Positions 58,301 through 64,000 of a DNA stretch of 64,000 nucleotides are shown here, in pieces. Location of the stretch: positions 5,146,001 to 5,210,000 of the forward strand of contig OZ059897.1 of the NCBI GenBank assembly GCA_964057225.1. Direction: 5' to 3'. The stretch comes from Auanema rhodensis. Taxonomy: Eukaryota > Animalia > Nematoda. Numbering within the stretch: the stretch's first letter is position 1; every line of letters starts with the position of its first letter. The notes beneath the pieces are model-generated. The model saw only the letters and a program-made list of their open reading frames with translations. It was not told where the DNA came from and ran no database searches. The position numbers and the translations under genes were made by a program.

Positions 58301-61300
58301 TATCTTTCACGTGAAGTGAGTTACATACCAAGTGCACATCACGTGTACATTTAATTAGCATAAATTAAAGTTCACGTAAATTTCAAAGTCATGGTTACCA
58401 TGCACCAATATCAATAAAAATTTGTTTTTAGACTAATATGGACATGGGGAATCTAATTTTGAAAATCGCATCTCTTTATCTTTCACGTGAAGTGAGTTAC
58501 ATACCAAGTGCACATCACGTGTACATTTAATTAGCATAAATTAAAGTTCACGTAAATTTCAAAGTCATGGTTACCATGCACCAATATCAATAAAAATTTG
58601 TTTTTAGACTAATATGGACATGGGGAATCTAATTTTGAAAATCGCATCTCTTTATCTTTCACGTGAAGTGAGTTACATACCAAGTGCACATCATGTGTAC
58701 ATTTAATTAGCATAAATTAAAGTTCACGTAAATTTCAAAGTCATGGTTACCATGAACCAATATCAATAACAATTTGTTTTTAGACTAATATGGACATGGG
58801 GAATCTAATTTTGAAAATCGCATCTCTTTATCTTTCACGTGAAGCGAGTTACATACCAAGTGCACATCACGTGTACATTTAATTAGCATAAATTAAAGTT
58901 CACGTAAATTTCAAAGTCTTGGTTACCATGCACCAATATCAATAAAAATTTGTTTTTAGACTAATATGGACATTTGGAATCTAATTTTGAAAACCGCATC
59001 TCTTTATCTTTCACGTGAAGCGAGTTACATACCAAGTGCACATCACGTGTACATTTAATTAGCATAAATTAAAGTTCACGTAAATTTCAAAGTCATGGTT
59101 ACCATGCACCAATATCAATAAAAATTTGTTTTTAGACTAATATGGACATGTGGAGTCTAATTTTGAAAACCGCATCTCTTTATCTTTCACGTGAAGTGAG
59201 TTACATACCAAGTGCACATCACGTGTACATTTTATTAGCATAAATTAAAGTTCACGTAAATTTCAAAGTCATGGTTACCATGAACCAATATCAATAACAA
59301 TTTGTTTTTAGACTAATATGGACATGTGGAATCTAATTTTGAAAACCGCATCTCTTTATCTTTCACGTGAAGTGAGCTACATACCAAGTGCACATCACGT
59401 GTACATTTAATTAGCATAAATTAAAGTTCACGTAAATTTCAAAGTCATGGTTACCATGCACTAATATCAATAAAAATTTGTTTTTAGACTAATATGGACA
59501 TGGGGAATCTAATTTTGAAAACCGCATCTCTATATCTTTCACGTGAAGCGAGTTACATACCAAGTGCACATCACGTGTACATTTAATTAGCATAAATTAA
59601 AGTTCACGTAAATTTCAAAGTCATGGTTACCATGCACCAATATCAATAAAAATTTGTTTTTAGACTAATATGGACATGTGGAATCTAATTTTGAAAACCG
59701 CATCTCTTTATCTTTCACGTGAAGCAAGTTACATACCAAGTGCACAGCACGTGTACATTTAATTAGCATAAATTAAAGTTCACGTAAATTTCAAAGTCAT
59801 GGTTACCATGCACCAATATCAATAAAAATTTGTTTTTAGACTAATATGAACATGGGGAATCTAATTGTGAAAACCGCATCTCTTTATCTTTCACGTGAAG
59901 CGAGTTACATACCAAGTGCACATCACGTGTACATTTAATTAGCATAAATTAAAGTTCACGTAAATTTCAAAGTCATGGTTACCATGCACCAATATCAATA
60001 AAAATTTGTTTTTAGACTAATATGGACATGGGGAATCTAATTTTAAGAACCGCATCTCTTTATCTTTCACGTGAAGCAAGTTACATACCAAGTGCACAGC
60101 ACGTGTACATTTAATTAGCATAAATTAAAGTTCACGTAAATTTCAAAGTCATGGTTACCATGCACCAATATCAATAAAAATTTGTTTTTAGACTAATATG
60201 GACATGGGGAGTCTAATTTTGAAAACCGCATCTCTTTATCTTTCACGTGAAGCGAGTTACATACCAAGTGCACATCACGTGTACATTTAATTAGCATAAA
60301 TTAAAGTTCACGTAAATTTCAAATTTATGGTTACCATGCACCAATATCAATAAAAATTTGTTTTTAGACTAATATGGACATGGGGAATCTAATTTTAAAA
60401 ACCGCATCTCTTTATCTTTCACGTGAAGCAAGTTACATACCAAGTGCACATCAGGTGTACATTTAATTAGCATAAATTAAAGTTCACGTAAATTTCAAAG
60501 TCATGGTTACCATGCACTAATATCAATAAAAATTTGTTTTTAGACTAATATGGACATGAGGAATCTAATTTTGAAAACCGCATCTCTTTATCTTTCACGT
60601 GAAGCGAGTTACTTACCAAGTGCACATCACGTGTACATTTAATTAGCATAAATTAAAGTTCACGTAAATTTCAAAGTCATGGTTACCATGCACCAATATC
60701 AATAAAAATTTGTTTTTAGACTAATATGTACATGGGGAATCTAATTTTAAAAACCGCATCTCTTTATCTTTCACGTGAAGCAAGTTACATACCAAGTGCA
60801 CAGCACGTGTACATTTAATTAGCATAAATTAAAGTTCACGTAAATTTCAAAGTCATGGTTACCATGCACCAATATCAATAAAAATTTGTTTTTAGACTAA
60901 TATGGACATGTAGAATCTAATTTTGAAAACCTCATCTCTTTATCTTTCACGTGAAGCGAGTTACATACCAAGTGCACATCACGTGTACATTTAATTAGCA
61001 TAAATTAAAGTTCACGTAAATTTCAAATTTATGGTTACCATGCACCAATATCAATAAAAATTTGTTTTTAGACTAATATGGACATGGGGAATCTAATTTT
61101 GAAAATCGCATCTCTTTATCTTTCACGTGAAGTGAGTTACATACCAAGTGCACATCACGTGTACATTTAATTAGCATAAATTAAAGTTCACGTAAATTTC
61201 AAAGTCATGGTTACCATGCACCAATATCAATAAAAATTTGTTTTTAGACTAATATGGACATGGGGAATCTAATTTTAAAAACCGCATCTCTTTATCTTTC

Positions 61301-62280
61301 ACATGAAGCAAGTTACATACCAAGTGCACATCACGTGTACATTTAATTAGCATAAATTAAAGTTCACGTAAATTTCAAAGTCATGGTTAGCATGCACTAA
61401 TATCAATAAAAATTTGTTTTTAGACTAATATGGACATGGGGAATCTAATTTTGAAAACCGCATCTCTTTATCTTTCACGTGAAGCGAGTTACATACCAAG
61501 TGCACATCACGTGTACATTTAATTAGCATAAATTAAAGTTCACGTAAATTTCAAAGTCATGGTTACCATGCACCAATATCAATAAAAATTTGTTTTTAGA
61601 CTAATATGGACATGGGGAATCTAATTTTGAAAACCGCATCTCTTTATCTTTCACGTGAAGCAAGTTACATACCAAGTGCACAGCACGTGTACATTTAATT
61701 AGCATAAATTAAAGTTCACGTAAATTTCAAAGTCATGGTTACCATGCACCAATATCAATAAAAATTTGTTTTTAGACTAATATGGACATGGGGAATCTAA
61801 TTTTAAGAACCGCATCTCTTTATCTTTCACGTGAAGCAAGTTACATACCAAGTGCACAGCACGTGTACATTTAATTAGCATAAATTAAAGTTCACGTAAA
61901 TTTCAAAGTCATGGTTACCATGCACCAATATCAATAAAAATTTGTTTTTAGACTAATATGGACATGGGGAATCTAATTTTGAAAACCGCATCTCTTTATC
62001 TTTCACGTGAAGCAAGTTACATACCAAGTGCACAGCACGTGTACATTTAATTAGCATAAATTAAAGTTCACGTAAATTTCAAAGTCATGGTTACCATGCA
62101 CTAATATCAATAAAAATTTGTTTTTAGACTAATATGGACATGGGGAATCTAATTTTAAAAACCGCATCTCTTTATCTTTCACGTGAAGCAAGTTACATAC
62201 CAAGTGCACAGCACGTGTACATTTAATTAGCATAAATTAAAGTTCACGTAAATTTCAAAGTCATGGTTACCATGCACTAA
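58300..62280 (+). repeat. Forward satellite, more heterogeneous segment with many rare SNPs
   Basis: Rare variants include TCATGTG 58694, GAGCTAC ~59377, TCAGGTG 60454, ACTTACC ~60613, ATGTACATG ~60729, CCTCATC ~60932, CACATGAA 61303 and GGTTAGC 61390. Confidence 0.75.
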
Positions 62281-64000
62281 TATCAATAAAAATTTGTTTT
62301 TAGACTAATATGGACATGGGGAATCTAATTTTGAAAACCGCATCTCTTTATCTTTCACGTGAAGCAAGTTACATACCAAGTGCACATCACGTGCACATTT
62401 AATTAGCATAAATTAAAGTTCACGTAAATTTCAAAGTCATGGTTACCATGCACTAATATCAATAAAAATTTGTTTTTAGACTAATATGGACATGGGGAAT
62501 CTAATTTTGAAAACCGCATCTCTTTATCTTTCACGTGAAGCAAGTTACATACCAAGTGCACATCACGTGCACATTTAATTAGCATAAATTAAAGTTCACG
62601 TAAATTTCAAAGTCATGGTTACCATGCACCAATATCAATAAAAATTTGTTTTTAGACTAATATGGACATGGGGAATCTAATTTTGAAAACTGCATCTCTT
62701 TATCTTTCACGTGAAGCAAGTTACATACCAAGTGCACATCACGTGCACATTTAATTAGCATAAATTAAAGTTCACGTAAATTTCAAAGTCATGGTTACCA
62801 TGCACCAATATCAATAAAAATTTGTTTTTAGACTAATATGGACATGGGGAATCTAATTTTGAAAACCGCATCTCTTTATCTTTCACGTGAAGCAAGTTAC
62901 ATACCAAGTGCACATCACGTGCACATTTAATTAGCATAAATTAAAGTTCACGTAAATTTCAAAGTCATGGTTACCATGCACCAATATCAATAAAAATTTG
63001 TTTTTTGACTAATATGGACATGGGGAATCTAATTTTGAAAACCGCATCTCTTTATCTTTCACGTGAAGCAAGTTACATACCAAGTGCACATCACGTGTAC
63101 ATTTAATTAGCATAAATTAAAGTTCACGTAAATTTCAAAGTCATGGTTACCATGCACCAATATCAATAAAAATTTGTTTTTAGACTAATATGGACATGGG
63201 GAATCTAATTTTGAAAACCGCATCTCTTTATCTTTCACGTGAAGCAAGTTACATACCAAGTGCACATCACGTGCACATTTAATTAGCATAAATTAAAGTT
63301 CACGTAAATTTCAAAGTCATGGTTACCATGCACCAATATCAATAAAAATTTGTTTTTAGACTAATATGGACATGGGGAATCTAATTTTAAAAACCGCATC
63401 TCTTTATCTTTCACGTGAAGTGAGTTACATACCAAGTGCACATCACGTGTACATTTAATTAGCATAAATTAAAGTTCACGTAAATTTCAAAGTCATGGTT
63501 ACCATGCACCAATATCAATAAAAATTTGTTTTTAGACTAATATGGACATGGGGAATCTAATTTTAAAAACCGCATCTCTTTATCTTTCACGTGAAGTGAG
63601 TTACATACCAAGTGCACATCACGTGCACATTTAATTAGCATAAATTAAAGTTCACGTAAATTTCAAATTTATGGTTACCATGCACCAATATCAATAAAAT
63701 TTGTTTTTAGACTAATATGGACATGGGGAATCTAATTTTGAAAACCGCATCTCTTTATCTTTCACGTGAAGCGAGTTACATACCAAGTGCACATCACGTG
63801 TACATTTAATTAGCATAAATTAAAGTTCACGTAAATTTCAAAGTCATGGTTACCATGCACCAATATCAATAAAAATTTGTTTTTAGACTAATATGGACAT
63901 GGGGAATCTAATTTTGAAAACCGCATCTCTTTATCTTTCACGTGAAGCGAGTTACATACCAAGTGCACATCACGTGTACATTTAATTAGCATAAATTAAA
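62281..64000 (+). repeat. Forward satellite resembling the start of domain B, without the fold-back
   Basis: A run of GGGG/GCAAG/GTGCAC monomers including CACTAA and AAAACTGC, followed by two TAAAAACC/GTGAG monomers, AAATTTAT, a 175-bp monomer and two GCGAG monomers. This is the same order as 16452-18400. Confidence 0.8.

Larger units (their letters stand above)
1..64000. repeat. 176-bp AT-rich tandem satellite array (~360 monomers), centromere/pericentromere-like, open at both window ends
   Basis: TATCAATA recurs at 1, 177, 353 and onward (period 176). Consensus: TATCAATAAAAATTTGTTTTTAGACTAATATGGACATG(G/T)GGAATCTAATTTTGAAAACCGCATCTCTTTATCTTTCACGTGAAG(CA/CG/TG)AGTTACATACCAAGTGCACATCACGTG(T/C)ACATTTAATTAGCATAAATTAAAGTTCACGTAAATTTCAAAGTCATGGTTACCATGCACCAA. 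Monomers differ at only a few sites. A centromeric role is inferred only from monomer size, AT content and higher-order repeat (HOR) structure. Confidence 0.99.

Noticed and set aside
1-64000. CRISPR array or prokaryotic repeat system
   Set aside because: There are no unique spacers, the entire 176-bp unit repeats, and no cas or other genes are present.

Overview
The whole 64-kb window is one AT-rich (~32% GC by count of one monomer), highly homogeneous 176-bp tandem satellite of about 360 monomers. It looks like a eukaryotic centromere or pericentromere array. I see no genes, RNAs, transposons or CRISPR. The main structure is a 2,011-bp block of inverted monomers at 14421-16431, repeated identically 15,305 bp later at 29726-31736. 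Private SNPs show it is not a simple inversion but a chimeric double fold-back. Its first 409 bp mirror the left flank and 1,489 bp mirror the right flank, with the two halves joined across 115 bp of shared sequence. Both fold-backs leave ~228 bp of unmirrored satellite. The left junction sits at the apex of a monomer palindrome, and the right junction carries a 20-nt templated insertion with an A-run. The cassette separates two variant domains (A and B), and the A-inversion-B unit was later duplicated. Diagnostic SNPs also reveal nested, variable-period higher-order repeats (3- to 26-mers), a CpG-deamination triallele and regularly spaced CACGT motifs. All comparisons were made by eye at diagnostic sites, not by alignment.
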